Positions 44,050 through 57,600 of a stretch of DNA of 64,000 nt are shown here, one piece after another. The DNA comes from Lama guanicoe (lineage: Eukaryota), in contig MU055549.1 in NCBI GenBank assembly GCA_013239625.1, forward strand, positions 682,001 through 746,000, given 5' to 3'. Under the pieces are notes generated by a model. That model was not told the origin of the DNA. It worked only from the letters and a program-made list of their open reading frames with translations, and searched no databases. The number at the start of each line of letters is the position of its first letter. Within the stretch, counting starts at the first letter, position 1. The translations under genes and the position numbers were made by a program.

Positions 44050-45508
44050 GGTATCTTCACCATGGTCAATTTTATTGCTTAGGAACTGGAGCGGTCATTT
44101 CTAGAGGCCTCGACAGTGACCAACAGTTGAAACCCCGCTACACGGATCGCTGGGGACGGAACGGCCGTGTGGCCGGTGGACAGAGCGCAGCGACCCCAGC
44201 CAGACACAGCTCCGATCACACTGTCAAGGACACGGATTCGGCGAGTGGACGCCATAGCACTTGCCACGGTAGTGATTTCTCTAGAAACAGGCGCCCCCGG
44301 CGCCGTGCCCCAGCCCAGGAGTTCTGTAGTGTTCTGAAGCAGATCAGTAAGACGTCCGTCTGTGTTTCGCCCACGGGCTCTGGGATCGCCTGTCCTGAGG
44401 GCCAGGGCTCGCAGCTGGCGTATCACACAGGTCGTCCGAGGCTGAGCAGCCAGGGACGTGAGCAGTTCTGTTTCTCTGAGTATTTGTATGTACAGCCCAG
44501 GTTAAAAGCAGTTTCTATCAGAAGCAGGCTACGCTACTTTTATCTCTCCCAGGATATTGTTGTTTCATGTAGAATACTTGGCACCGCAGAACAGTAACAA
44601 AAGACGGACAAAACAGTTTACAAAATTCTTAGAAGGTACACCCGAGCTAGCTATGAAGTTCACATTCAGTTCTTAATGTTACACAGAAGGAGGCCTAGGA
44701 GTCCGGCTGCTCGTGCAGACGTGCAGGGGTCGGTCTGGCCCGTGAGGGCACAGCCAAGCCCTGTCACTTGTTTGGGAGCCTTGTGTGCTGACAGACACAT
44801 GCCTGACCTCCTAGACCTCGATGCTACCTGCTGAAATACCACTCAAGCATTCATACTGGAAAGTATATTTAGCGTAAGTTTTGGTAAGGTTTATAAATTA
44901 TTTTTAAAAAGTATATATTTATATATATTTATATATAAAAATGGAAAGCAGCTGCAGTGTGATTCAAAAGCCATGTCACATGGCAGTAGAGTGAAGAGCA
45001 CGGAAGGGGGGCCATCGGAGTGGGAGCCGGGCCACGACCCCCAGCAGAGGCCGCGCACAGCCCGGCGGTCCAGAGCCCGCCTGCCCCCCACCGGGCGCCC
45101 GGCTGGCAGAGGGCTCGGCACCTGTGGGGTTTCCACCCTGGAGAAGCTCTTCCACGCTGACAATTCGTAAAAATCGAAAACCGTGAAGTCTAAAATACAG
45201 AATCTCTTTGCTGTCTATTACAGAGTTTTGGCAACAGGGCTGTGACTTTTTTCTTTTTAAAAAAACCCAGTATTTCTACTTAATGTCACATGAACAGACG
45301 AGACAGTGAGGTATGTGAGGCTTTTCCGGAGCCGCCGTCCGGAGGCTGAAGCGAAGTGCAGGGCCGGCCATCTGCCTAGCGGGTGGCGCTCGGGCGGTTG
45401 TGGGTGCAGCTATCACGAGTACGTATTTCATGGGCTGCGACTTCGTCTGCGCCTTGTGCTACAGGGAGGGCTCGCCAAGGGTCCTCTCGTGGCGCTGACA
45501 CCGCGTCC
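44050..45508 (-). other. INPP5A: INPP5A non-coding terminal (3' UTR) exon
   Basis: Acceptor ctccacgcag|GGAC at 45509/45508; AT-rich block at 44880-44945; 3' end approximate. Confidence 0.75.
44071..44076 (-). terminator. INPP5A polyadenylation signal (AATAAA on the minus strand)
   Basis: tttatt on + at the end of a roughly 1.45-kb 3'-UTR-like region. Confidence 0.7.
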
Positions 45509-45602
45509 CTGCGTGGAGTCGGCCGTTGGTTAAAGGCGCGCACACACCAGGAGAAACTCAGGAAAGGTGAACACGAGGGAAGGAGGAATATTTACCACCA
45601 CG

Positions 45603-45683
45603 TCACTGCACGACACAGCACTTGTGCACACGTGCGTGAGGTTTACCTGCCCCGGGCGCGATGCGGAAGGCCAGGAACACGGG
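45603..45683 (-). CDS. INPP5A: INPP5A last coding exon (PVFLAFRIAPGAGKPHARVHKCCVVQ*)
   Basis: cccctgcag|CCC; TGA at 45605-45603; the exon continues to 45596, then gtaaat. Confidence 0.96.
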   Translation of the reverse strand, partial: PVFLAFRIAPGAGKPHARVHKCCVVQ

Positions 45684-48600
45684 CTGCAGGGGCAGAAGAG
45701 AAGTCGTCAGAACCCCGGACCCCACGCTCCCGGCTGGGTACCCATTCTGGACCCCGCCCGTGTGGAGCTGCCCGGACTGGGCAGCCAGAGGCTCGAGGCA
45801 GAGGGCCTTCGTGGTCTGTAGAGAGGGCATTATTCCCAGAGAGAAAACTAATGTAAAAGCTCATTTAAGAACTGCTGATTCCGGCCAAATAGCCCCGGAA
45901 AGACAGAGCTTCTCCTGGGATGGGGCAGTGTGGGCGGGGCCCAGAGGTCTTGAAGATGGGGGACCAGTGCATCGCCTTTGCCTGCCAGTGACCCAGGACC
46001 TGTCCCCATGGGGCCCCTCGGGGGCCAGGCACGGTCACACGGAGAACTTAGTACTGGAACAATCACTGCCTCCCGAAGCGCTGGGCTGGTAGCACGCACG
46101 CCTCCCGCTCGCCCCATGGTGGCAGCTGCCCCACCTCAGAGGCCATTAAAATACTTCCAATGCACACCTGGGAAACGGACTCCGGAAACCACCAGCATTT
46201 TTTACAAATAGTAAATCTGCCCCGTGTTCTCTTGTGACTAGTCTTGTCTGCCTTACTGTCTGCTTGTCTACCCAACTCCTTCTGGTATTTTATTAAAATC
46301 AAATAAAAACAGACCAATTTCACCTCCTCTGTGAGGCCAGGCTAAGGAGGCGGCAGGACAAGCCGCCACCGCCCACCCTGGGCCCCAGCGAGGTGATGTC
46401 ACCTTGTGGTCTCCCATGCAGACGCTGGGCCCGATGTGGTCGTAGGTGACAACCTTCTCCTCGCTCTCCGACTGAGAAAAGCAAGCACAGGAAGAGGTGT
46501 GAGAGGTGGGAATGGGGAGCAGTCGCCCGCCGCCCACTCTGCCCATTTCTGAGGCCCCTCGGAGGGGCGGCTGGCGGTGGCCCGAGGTCCTGGCGGTCCG
46601 GGCGGCATCTCTGCACCCTGGCTCTTGCAGGCGAGGCGGCTCTGGCCTCAGGAAGGCGGTGACCTCAGGGGCTATGCTGAGCTCCAGGCTCCCCTCCGGC
46701 CCTTCGGCGCCCCGGACGCGGTGGAGGCCCGGGCCGGTGCTCCCCGCAGTCGGTGCCGCTGTGAGCACATGTGCCGCTGAGCCCCCGGCACCACAGACGC
46801 TCGTCCGGTTCCCACTTTCCCTGCTGACGTTCGCTTCTGACATCAGCTTCTGTTCACCCAGCGGCCCCTGTTCATGCAAGAGCAGACGCCCCTGAACTCC
46901 ACACCACTGCACCCCGTGGTCCGTGTGCCCATCGGCCTCCCACCTCCACCAGCCTGCAGACCCTTAACTCCGGACGACACAGAGGCTGTGTGTTCCCAGC
47001 AGTCGGACGGCTCCGACTGGGCCAGGGTTTTACATCTGCAGCTGAAGCATCTGCGACTACAACGTTAAAACTGAATTATCCGTAATGCAGTAGGAAGCTT
47101 AAGGTCAGATTTCCTCTCCAGCATGGTCGTCTGCCAGAACATACAGACAGCACCCTCCGCAAGTCCCCGCAGTCGCAGCGCCGCCTCCGCAGAGTCGGGT
47201 GCATCCATCCAACGAGCGAGGCAATTTGCAAAGGCAGCATAAGATTGTGGGTTTCCAACCGTATGATCTCGAGACAGATAAACAAATGACCGCGGCGCCG
47301 CACGCCTCGCTGCGCACTCGTCACTGCGGCTGCCGCCTCCGGTGTCCGGGGCTGGGAAGCGGAACTAACACAAGGCCGAGCTGCCCGAGCGTGGCATGAT
47401 GGATGACGCCACGGAGACTGCTAGCCGCGCAGCCACCGGGCTGGGAACGCCCGCTTGCCGGGACTCCCCACCAGGAAGGCACTGGGCCTTCCCCAGACGG
47501 GCCAGCAGCCGAGCTCTGTCCCCACAGCGTCTGCAGCAGCCAGTCTCAGGCCCCCAGACTGAGATGACATAAAACAGTCTAAAATGCCACCTTCCGCTAG
47601 ACTGTCTGCAGCCTGGGGCGGAGGCTCGTGCAGCCCCCACGCGCAGTCCTGGGCACCCCCGCTGTCTTAGTGGGTTTACTGCAAGACACCTCTCTCTCTG
47701 GAAGATGACTCTGGTCTCTTCTCTGCGTCCCGAGGCCCCTGGAGGCACCCACACCGGCCACAGGCCTCATGTGCCCCATGTGCTCAGAGCCGCTGTCCAT
47801 TCTCTCATCCCTCGCCTTCACCTCAGGGCACCAGGGGCAGGCCCAAGTCTGGGCTGTGTGCTCAGGGCCCTGCCCCACGCAGCTCCTTCAGGAGGGCCGC
47901 CTGTGGAAGCAGCCCCAGCGGCCGTCCTCCCTGATGGGCCCTGAGGTGCAGGTCCTGCCCACAGGCCGGGGGTCTGCCTAGGCTGCCCAGGCCAGCCCCC
48001 CAGGCCCCACCAGAGCAAGCTTGCTGCAGACCCCACATGGCTGCAGGCTCCCTGCCCCAACGCCCAGGGAGCTGTGGCTCCAGGCGGTGTTGAGGGCCAG
48101 CCCTCCTGCAAAAGTTAGCAGGCCTCCCAGTGGGGGCCGCAGGGGCCGCTGAGCGGGGGACGGGGTGCACACCTAGGCAGCCGGTGGGCATTCTGCCCTC
48201 CCGACTATGTCCTGGGTGAGGCCCAGGGGCCCAGACGGGGCTCCTCGGAGCAGCTGCGGGGGCCATGGAGGGTGGCAACTGGCCTCAAATATGCTGGGTT
48301 GAGGTGGGCAGGGGGCGGTCTGGGGCCATGGGGGCCTCCTGCCACCCTAACTGGCTGCCCCCGTCCCTCAGAGGCCAGACTGCTGCCCTGGTGAGTCAAT
48401 GCACGTCACTGTAACATTTTTGCACTGATGGGGTGGACAAGACCAATGCAGATATTGACTCCTGCCAGCACTTCTTTCGTGCTGAGATGTGGGCACTGAA
48501 ACACCCTGGGAAACCTGGCCCAGCACACGGTGCTGCCCCCGGACCGTGGGCCGTTCGTCTTTAACTTCTCGGGTCCGAGTGCGACTCTGGCTCTGACTCA

Positions 48601-51600
48601 CAGCTTGGGAGACGCAGAGACGTCAGCAACAAGCTCTTGCGAAGACGAGGGCTCACTGGCCCCGAGGACGTGGCAGATCAGGGGGCTCCTGGTGCACGGC
48701 TGGCCGCTCGTGCCCATTTTGAGCTGGGAAGGTGCTGGAGGCCTGGCTCGCCCACGGCCCCGCAGGCCGGGGGCCGCCCTGATGTACCGGTCGGTGGGTC
48801 GGCAGCCACAGGACGAGGCAGGGCTCATGCTGGAGTCGACATTCAGAATCAGCTCCTTGGCGGACGGGGACATGAGGACGCGGTCGCACCAGGCGGGGCA
48901 CCGGGTGTTCATGTACTGCTTGCCCTGGCTGGAGTCCTCGCTGTACGGGTAGCTGGGGAGACGGGGCAGGAAGGCGCCGGTCAGCGCAGTGGCTGCAGCC
49001 CCTCCTCCACCCCCGAGGGGAGGGCCGAGCGGACTCTCCCCCACGCACCCCAGGAAGGCCAGCAGTGTCCAGGGAAAAGGGAAAGAACGGGCGGGCGGAC
49101 AGCAGCTCCTAGGACAGTCAGAGGGCGGTCCCGGCCCAGCACTTCGGATTAACCATTTCCTTCAAGGATGGAGTCTTCTACTAACCTTGGGTTTATTTTT
49201 GGAAGTGGCCTGAAGCACAAAGAAAACCAGCCGAGCACTCGGGACAGCTGGGCGCAAACAGACGGCACACCCCGGTCCCACCCAGGCACCCCCGCTGCAG
49301 AGGGTCTTGGGTCATCACTGTGGCGGAGCGTGTGCCTGTCCCTGATGCGCTGCCCTGGCCACACAGGCTCCCACTTCCCGCCCACTGACGGGGCTTGGCC
49401 ACCAGGGGAGGCCTGGGGCCCCCTCGGGGATGGAGCCAGCAGAGCCGACTGACCCACTGACCTACTGGCCGGGCAGCATGGGAGAGCAGGTGGCCGCCCC
49501 CTTCGTCCACAGCGTCTGGCCGCTGTCTGGCTGAGGCCCCTCGAGCTCCTTGGCCTGGGGGTGGCTCCCTCCTGTCTCCAGAACTCCCCGGAGCTCCTGC
49601 CTCCGGGCTCTGCACTGCCCAGTAGGCCCTGCCTGGTCCATTTAAAACTGCCACCCCCACCCCCACCCCCGCAGTGGGCATTTTGATTGGGACTGCCCTG
49701 AACCAACAGTAGGGGAAAGTAACTTGGAGTGGACTGGCTTTGGGGAGACCCCCAGCCGTGCTGAGCATGCACCCTGAGTAGGAGGCCGGCACATCTCGTG
49801 TGGCCTTCAGTACGGCCTAAAATCATTCCTTGTCTAACACATTTGGGGTCAATTCTGAAATGCCACATGGTGTTTGCTGTGCATGGCTCCTTACTGTCTA
49901 TTAAATTTTCTTGTTGCCGCTGGTGGAGGAAATGAGACTGGCTTTCTGGGCTGCTCCATCCTGGGCCCTGGCTGGCGAGGCCTTGGCGCCCTCCTCCCTC
50001 TCTGCATGGCCAGGCCTTGAGAGCTCGGTCAGGGTCCGGAGAACCTAAGTTAACGGTTCTCAGCCTCCTCCATCTCCAGTCGGACACAAATGCTTTCACT
50101 GGAAACCACGACGTACCACCCCAGCCCCCAGAGGAATTTACTTAATTCAAGACCGGGATCAGCGTTAGTGTGTGGTCCCGGGTGAGAAACAGCACACGAA
50201 AGGCAGGTGTGTAAGAGCTGCTCCTCGCACACCCTGGGCCCATGATCACAGAGCGCTGGGCCCTGTTCAGCCCGGCCATGCCAGGAGCTGGTGGGGCGTC
50301 GCAGGGATGGTGGGGAGTGACAGGGAACAGCCCGGGAGGCCTGGGGCCGATCTCCCACTGGGCCTTCAAGCCCAGCGCCCAGCGCCCAGCAGGGGTTCCC
50401 CGGGTCCCAGGAGGCCCTGGCCCCTCCCTGCTCGGGCAGATCCCCCTGCTGCGGGCGCATCCACATCTGATTCAACAGGACTGAGAAGCTGGCCCTGAGG
50501 GGCCCTGGCTGGAGCGGGCAGGGCTGTTGGGGGCAGCACCCTCCCCCTCATAGACAAGCAACCCTCCCCGCAGCCACACCCAGGAAGGGGCGCAGCACCT
50601 CCCAGAACCAGGGAGCAGGCAGGGCAGTGCTGGTGCCGGTGGGTCCCGGGAGGCCAGCGTGGGCTCCGGGGCAGGGAGGGAGGGCTGGGCGGCCTCACAT
50701 GCGTCCTCCCCACGGTGAGGCCCTGCCCTGGCCGCTGTGAGGATGGCCGGAGTGCTGCCTGCCTGGGACCTGACCGCTGAGCCCTAGCGTGGGTGATGAT
50801 TAATGCAGTGCTGTGCACGCAGACTTATCTGAAAGCAAACCCTGTGCAGGGTGGGGACACGGGACATGGCAGCCCAGCCCAAGCTCCACACGGTGGGGAC
50901 TGACGGCCGTAATTAATGGCGCGGTGATAAAGTTAACAATCGTCCGCCTGTCCTCCCTGCCCCACAAGCTCCTTCCCTCAGGGTGTGGGCAAGCGGCCCC
51001 TTTGCCGTGGCCAGGCGGCTGGCCTCGGTCCGAGCGGACGGGCAGGCAGGTGGTGTCACCGGGGGCCCCGAGGCCAACAGCAGGGCCAGGAGGGCACAAA
51101 GGCCCACTGTCTGCAGGGCCAGCTGCCATGGGCGGGAGATGCCAGGCTCAAGAGGTGGACGGCGCGGGGCCCCTGAACCAGGCCCGATCACGTCTGGTTC
51201 TGTACCAAAGTGGGAGTGGAGAAGCAGGGGTGCTGCCTGAGGCCCCCAGGGAGGGTGGGGACAGAGGCCCCGCCTCGGATTCTTGCCTGGTAAAATTCAG
51301 TGTCCCCAGGTCACAGCACCGCTGTGGGGAGGGCCGACTCAGTGGCTTCAGAGCGCCCGGAGCGGCAGGTCCCCGTGTGCATGTGTGAGTTCCGGAGGCC
51401 AACAAGCAGTGGCCGCTCAAATACTGGGCTGCCAAACGCTGGCAGTTACTGAGATTCCCAGAAGACGGAGGGAGGAGGGGCACAGCTGTGCCGGGACCGG
51501 CAGCGGCGCTCAGCTGCCGAGTGGAGATGAGGAGCAGGCGTCCCAGGTGGGTCCCGCGGTCAGAGGCGCAGGGCCGACCCTCCTCCAGGCACGTGGCACG

Positions 51601-54600
51601 TGGGGTGACCGGCCGGCGCCCCAGGGGACCCGTGCTGTGCCCCTGCCCTTCAGCACTTGCCCCACGTGTCCGTGTGGGCCACGTCCAGCCAGGGCTCGGG
51701 GACCAGCTGGACAAAGGGCCGCCTGGGCTCCCTCCCCGAGCACCAGGCGTGGCATGCAGCAGGGAGCCCGGCCTTCTTGTTCGAACGTCACCATTTTGTA
51801 TTCGTTACAGGCAGGAACCCACAGGCGGTCCAGCTTTAAGTTCTGGCCACAGGAAAGTCTGAGAAGAGCCTCTGAGGGTTCATATGAAAATGAATGGCCC
51901 ACTTTAGGAGGACAGCCCCCCCGGCTCGGGATGCGCTTATCCCTGTGTTCTGTGGGGCTTCGTCTTTTTCAAAGACCGCCGCTTGGCCCTTCCCTGTGGC
52001 TCACCTCCCCGTAGAAACACCCCGTCCCACCGTGGGGCGCGCACCTGCCTCTGGGACGGTGGGGGCTTCCCTGGATAAGCCGGACACACCAAACGGTGGG
52101 TGCAGCCGGGACTGGACACCTTCCCACCTTCTCGCTGACCTCGTTCTGTACCAGGCACAGGTACCAGGCAGAGCCCAGCCCCCGTCACGTCCAGCAGCCC
52201 TATGCCCTCCACCACGGCCTGGGAGGTCAAGGGTCGTGACCCCGGCCTGCTTGCGCACACTCCTGTTCAGATTTGCCTCCAGACTCGCGTGATGCAGTGC
52301 CGGCTGCGGAATTCAGCGCAAATATCCGTTCCGCTATCAACAGCCTTTAGACTCCTTCCTGTTTGGGGCTGGCTCTAGCTGTGACATGAGGACCTCTGGG
52401 GTCCCTGAGGCCCTCTCAGGGGTCTGGAAGGTAAACTCCATGTTCACAATCACAGGTAGACTGGCCTGTTGTCACAGTGTCGGCGCTGCCCCGGCAGGAA
52501 CCTGGCCGCGGCCCCAAGGTGCAGGCAAAGCTGTATGTGACTCCTTGACTCCCGAGTCTGGGACACCCAGTGTCTCGGAGTCGGTGGGACGAGACGGGAG
52601 CTGTGGGGCGCAGTCTGCTGCGTTCGGGAATCGTCCGGTTCCAGGGAAGGGAGGCTTCACATGGGCTGTTCTGGGCAGTGGGAGGGAGCACTGTGGAGCA
52701 GCCGCCCAGAAGGGAGCGGGCACCGTCCCAGGGGGACTTGGGTCCAGGGCCATGGAGATGCCACCACGGCCACATTAGCGAAAAAGGCAGCTAAACCACC
52801 CCGTCTTCCCACTTTGATGTCCTTATTTTAAAACCAATGACAATTTCGCTCAGAATTGAATTGTAAGTTAGAAAATTCCCAGCTGGCTAGGATGCAGAGG
52901 GCAGAGGCGTCAGTGGTCACCTTTGAGCTGTTCACGCTGGGCCACCCTGGGGCTCCTGCCGTCAGCCCGAAGCTGGGCTTGGAGTGGGAGCTGTGAGCGG
53001 ACCCTGGGCCGGAGGCCGGAGGGTGGTCAGCGCCGCTTGTCTCTCTGAGGGCCCTGGGCACCGGGGGTGGCAGCTGACAACGCATCACCCCGTCAACCAG
53101 GAACAACCAGTCCCATGGTCAGCTCTGGGTCAGCTCAACGCCGGCTGGTTACAGAGAGGAGCCAGGTGGGCACAGCTTGTGCCAGGCCAGCCTTGTGGTC
53201 TCTGTCCACCAAGATTAGTCTAAGCACAAACTTGAAGTCTTTTTGTCACCAGTTCCTGGTAACACCACATGGCGTTAAAGGCCTTCATGTGGCCTGGCGG
53301 GATTGGCGGGTATCACCCCGGATGCAGGGGTGGGGCCCGCAGGGTCTCTGTGGTGGGGCAGCCCCTGGGCCCACTGGCCTGGCCTGGCTGCGCACTCTGC
53401 CTCCGACCCCCCCACCCGGTCACTTGGGTAGTTGTCTGGGGTGAACGTGCTACACGTGACCGCAGGCAGCTGCGAAGAACAAGAACTGAAGGGTCTGCAG
53501 AGGTCTGAAACGTCAGCACCTCGTCCAGCAAAGCGGCGCACAGCACTAGGTCGCAGTCCATCAGGAGCCAGGTTCCATCACTCCGCGGAGAACAGTAACA
53601 GACAGCTCTGTGGGAAAGGACCCCCGGCCGCTGGTCAGGAGCCCCGTCCGCTGATGGACCATCTCCAGGGACTATCCCGGGTGTACGACTGGCCACGGCC
53701 TGGACGCCCCAGGCTCTGCACTGAGCCCCACACCCCCTGCCACGGGGCGGCCGGAGAGCTGGCCACCACCAGGACAGGGGCCAGGACCGCTCGGCCAGCC
53801 TGCAGTGCATTTGCTGTGTGGATGACGAGGGGAAAAGTCCAGGAGGCCCTGAAAGCCGGGCGTGACGGGGTGTCCAAGTCCTTCCAGGCGGCAGGCCGGA
53901 GGGGGCTGAAGGTAGGCTGAGTCCCACGGGCCCCGCACCTGCCTAGCATCCTGGGCCCTCTCCTTACCTCATGCCCCTCTGTGGCCCGGGCCTGTCTGGG
54001 GCAGCACCTCTGGGGCTGGTCAGAAAGGAACGTGTTGTTTTTGCTGCAGGTCTGAACTCTGTAAACGTCAGAGTCAGACACAGCAAAAGCTGAGGTACCC
54101 GAGAAAGCCAAAAACAGACAGACAGAGCCAAAACCCACCCCACCACGGTCCCAGAGTTCCAGAACTCAGAGCAGGCAAACTGGAGGCCACGGTGGAACCA
54201 GGGGCAGAGCCCTGCGCTCTGTGGCAGGCCTCCAGGCTGTGGAGGCAGCGGGCGGTGCACAGATGCGGGAACAGGAGGGCGGGCAACTGCTGGCCCGTGA
54301 GGGCGCTCCTCACCTGGGGGGGAACGAGATGTCCAGTTCACACAGCCTGTCCTTGAAGACAGACAGCTCTTTGTCGAATTCCAAGAGCTAAAGGAAAAAA
54401 ACAGAAAATAAAGTTACTCTGCTTCGCTGTCCTGGGGGCATGAGAGGCCCTGGGGGAGGGGTCTGTCTGCAGTGGGGACCCCCGTCACTCCTGGGAAACC
54501 CGTGGCTCCCGCCTCCACCTGCCCTGCATGTCACCCAGGCGGTGTGGCCAGAAAGCTCCGTGGGCGCCCTGCAGGCCCCTCTGGACCCAGCTCCCTCCTG

Positions 54601-57600
54601 GACTCCACACTGCACATGCTGACCGGCCACGCAGGGCCACCTTGCTCTGCGGAAACCACATGGTGCAGCCACGCGGGCTTGGGCATCACCTCTGCAGTGC
54701 CTGCACGCTAGGGTAGTGGCCAGCTAAGCGTAAGACTGTCGGCCTCACAGAGGAAGACGGGAAGCGGACCCCTGTTTGCACACAGGAGACTCCAGCAGAG
54801 ACCTTGGGCGGGAAATTGACAGAGCCACTCGGCCCCCGAGGGACTCCTCAGAGCCACACCCCGTGGGCCTTGGGCCCCCAAGAGAAAAGGGCACCACGGG
54901 CGGCATCTGGCCGCCATCGTTGTCACACCCTGGGGACACGTCCACCCATCACGGCCCACAGCTGTGTTTGGGTCCCTGGAAGCCCCACTGCGCCCTGCCC
55001 TCCTGGCTGCTGCCCTGTCCGTCGCTCCCGGAGCGCGTGGTTAGGCGCCGTGCACAGTTATTACCCCGAACGGGCCGCTGTGGAACACCAGCCGTGGCCA
55101 CCGTGGGCTGAGTGGCTTTCCTCGGGGAGCACAGAGGGCGGCAGGGCTGCATCTCCGCCAGCAGGTTCATGGTGTTTATGGCTCTGGGGGCAGTGAACCC
55201 CAGCTCCTTTGGCACAAACCGGGCTGTTTCAGAACAGTTGCCTAACCTCAACCCCACACAGGTCCCTGCAGAATCTGGACACCCAGTATCAGGCTCACAG
55301 AGAGCCGCAGACCCACCTGGCCCGGCTCAGGTGCCGGACCCCACAGGGGCCCCCTGTGAGCCCCCAGCAGCCACTAACGAGGGCGAGTGGCAACCCCACC
55401 CTACTCAGCACCACCCGACAGCCCTGCTGGGGGCCCGGGGTGCAGCTGGGGAGGCAGGACCGGGTGGGGAGTCGAGAAGAAATGCACTCCAGGCCAGACA
55501 GGTTCTGGAAGGCTCCAAGTCAGCTCCCCAGGGGCTGGGGATGGGGAGGAGTCTGGGGAGGAGCTGCCTCTTCAAGGTGAAGTGTGCTTGTGGGGCCGGG
55601 GCCAGGCCGCTCTTATGTGCGTCTGCGTGGACGTGTGTGCCTGGGGCTGCCCTCACATCACACACGCACCCGCGGTTCATCATTCCGGGGCGTGAATCCT
55701 CAGCCTCCCCAGAGGGGACAGGAGGACGGCCCTGACGCAGAGGGGCCGGCCTGCGGAGGGGTGTGGCCCCGGGGTGCGGCTGTGGTTCTGAGCGGCGGTA
55801 GGGTCAGAGGGGCTGCCCCTGAAGGACGGTGAAAGCACCTCCCCCGCTAATCGGCCATTTAACCAAATGCTGGCGGCAGCTGCCCTTTCCGCGACGACCC
55901 GGTCCAGCGTCTGGGGAAGCGTGGGCGGTGAGCAGCCATGCTTCCCCACCGAGAGCTCCCACATCTTCTAAGTTTTTCCAAACCCCAGCCTCTTAGAGAA
56001 GAAAGGAAACGTTCTGGAAACAGTGAGTCCACGCGGCCCGTCCCTTCCCCCTGGTGACAGGCGCACGTGTGCCCACAGAGCGCACACAGCACGTTCTCAC
56101 TCCTGCTTCTCTCACCCCCCGGGGCCCCTATCGGCCCCGTCACCCCGGCCTCCTTGCTCCTCCGGCGACCCCTCCAGCATCTCTGGCTCTGTGGTCCAGG
56201 GCCCTTCCTGTTGGTGGCCCATCGCTGTCCTCAGGCCGCCCTCAGTCTTGTCTTTGTGTTTGGGGCTCGGGGCCCATCGAGCTCCTGGGGACCACGACGC
56301 CCCCCCCATGCCCGCGCTGTGCGGGTCGCTCCCAGCTGCTGCCCAGCTGTGCCTGTGCGGCCCCCAGGTCGTCCACGGAGGCTTCCACTTCAGGGGCTGC
56401 TGCCCGGCTGGGTCTGTGCGGCCCCCAGGCCGTCCACGGAGGCGTCCACTTCAGGGGCTGCTGCCCGGCTGGGTCTGTGCGGCCCCCAGGCCGTCCACGG
56501 AGGCGTCCACTTCAGGGGCTGCTGCCCGGCTGGGTCTGTGCGGCCCCCAGGCCGTCCACGGAGGCGTCCACTTCAGAGGCTGCTGCCCGGCTGGGTCTGT
56601 GCGGCCCTCAGGCCGTCCACGGAGGCGTCCACGTCAGGGCTGCGCTTCCGGGAGCTCTGTGCATTTTCTAGTCTGCCTGCTTTTTTCAGGTGTGGCATTT
56701 ATGTATGTTTCTGATTCTTTCATGTTTTTAATAATTTAAAATGTTCTCATCTTACAGTTTTGTCAAGTATTCAGTTACCTGACGTCCCCAGATGCTTGCT
56801 GCTCGGAGCACCCCCTACACTTCTCGCACCTGGACTGCAAGCCTGTCTTCAGGGACCTTCACTCGCAGAGTCTTCACGGGGCAGGGGACATGGGCCTGCC
56901 CTGCAGGAGATGGCCGCTGGAGTCGGGAACAGCAGACCAGGACCCGGGCTCTTACCACGCACTTAGAACGTAGCCCCAGCAGCTCCAAGGTGTGGGGACA
57001 GACGCTTACTTCTCCTCCTCACACTTTGAAGGGAAGTCCCAGAGCCACCCGGGACCCTGGACGTCTCCCAGGCCCCAGCCTGCAAAGCGCGGTATGGACA
57101 GCAGGCCCGGCCCCGGCCAGCAGGTCCAGCCCCACTCACCAGGCTCCAGCCTCTCATCAGATGTTGCTCAGGTGTCGCTCCCCACCCCCTCGCCCTGGAC
57201 AGCTCCCCTCCCCCGGACAGACCCCCAGCAGGAAGCGGACAGGATGGGGCCTGCCTCCTGTGTCCCCCTACCCCAGGGACACCCCAGCAGGTCTCCCCTC
57301 ATCCTGGAGAGGTGCCGCTTCCGTGTTTGCTGGCACCTGCATCTCCTCTGTCCCTGCAGCCCGCTGCCCTGGGGGCTGGGCTCACCCAGACCAGGGCCTG
57401 GCTCGAGGCGGCAGCAGTGAGAATCCCCAGGGCCCCACACAAGTGCGAGAACCACCTCAAAGTCCCTCAGGAGATGAGGACGGCACAGCGCCCCGATGCT
57501 CTCTCTGACAGTGGCTGCTTCTCCCCACATCTGCACTGAGACATCGCCACCCACTACCTCCTGCAAAACCGGCCCCCTGGACCAGGTTGTGGGGGCGCTG

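Noticed and set aside
56335-56643. 61-bp periodic array with the same period as type I-E CRISPR arrays
   Set aside because: Whole units are repeated with no unique spacers, there are no cas genes, and the context is a mammalian intron. It is a VNTR.
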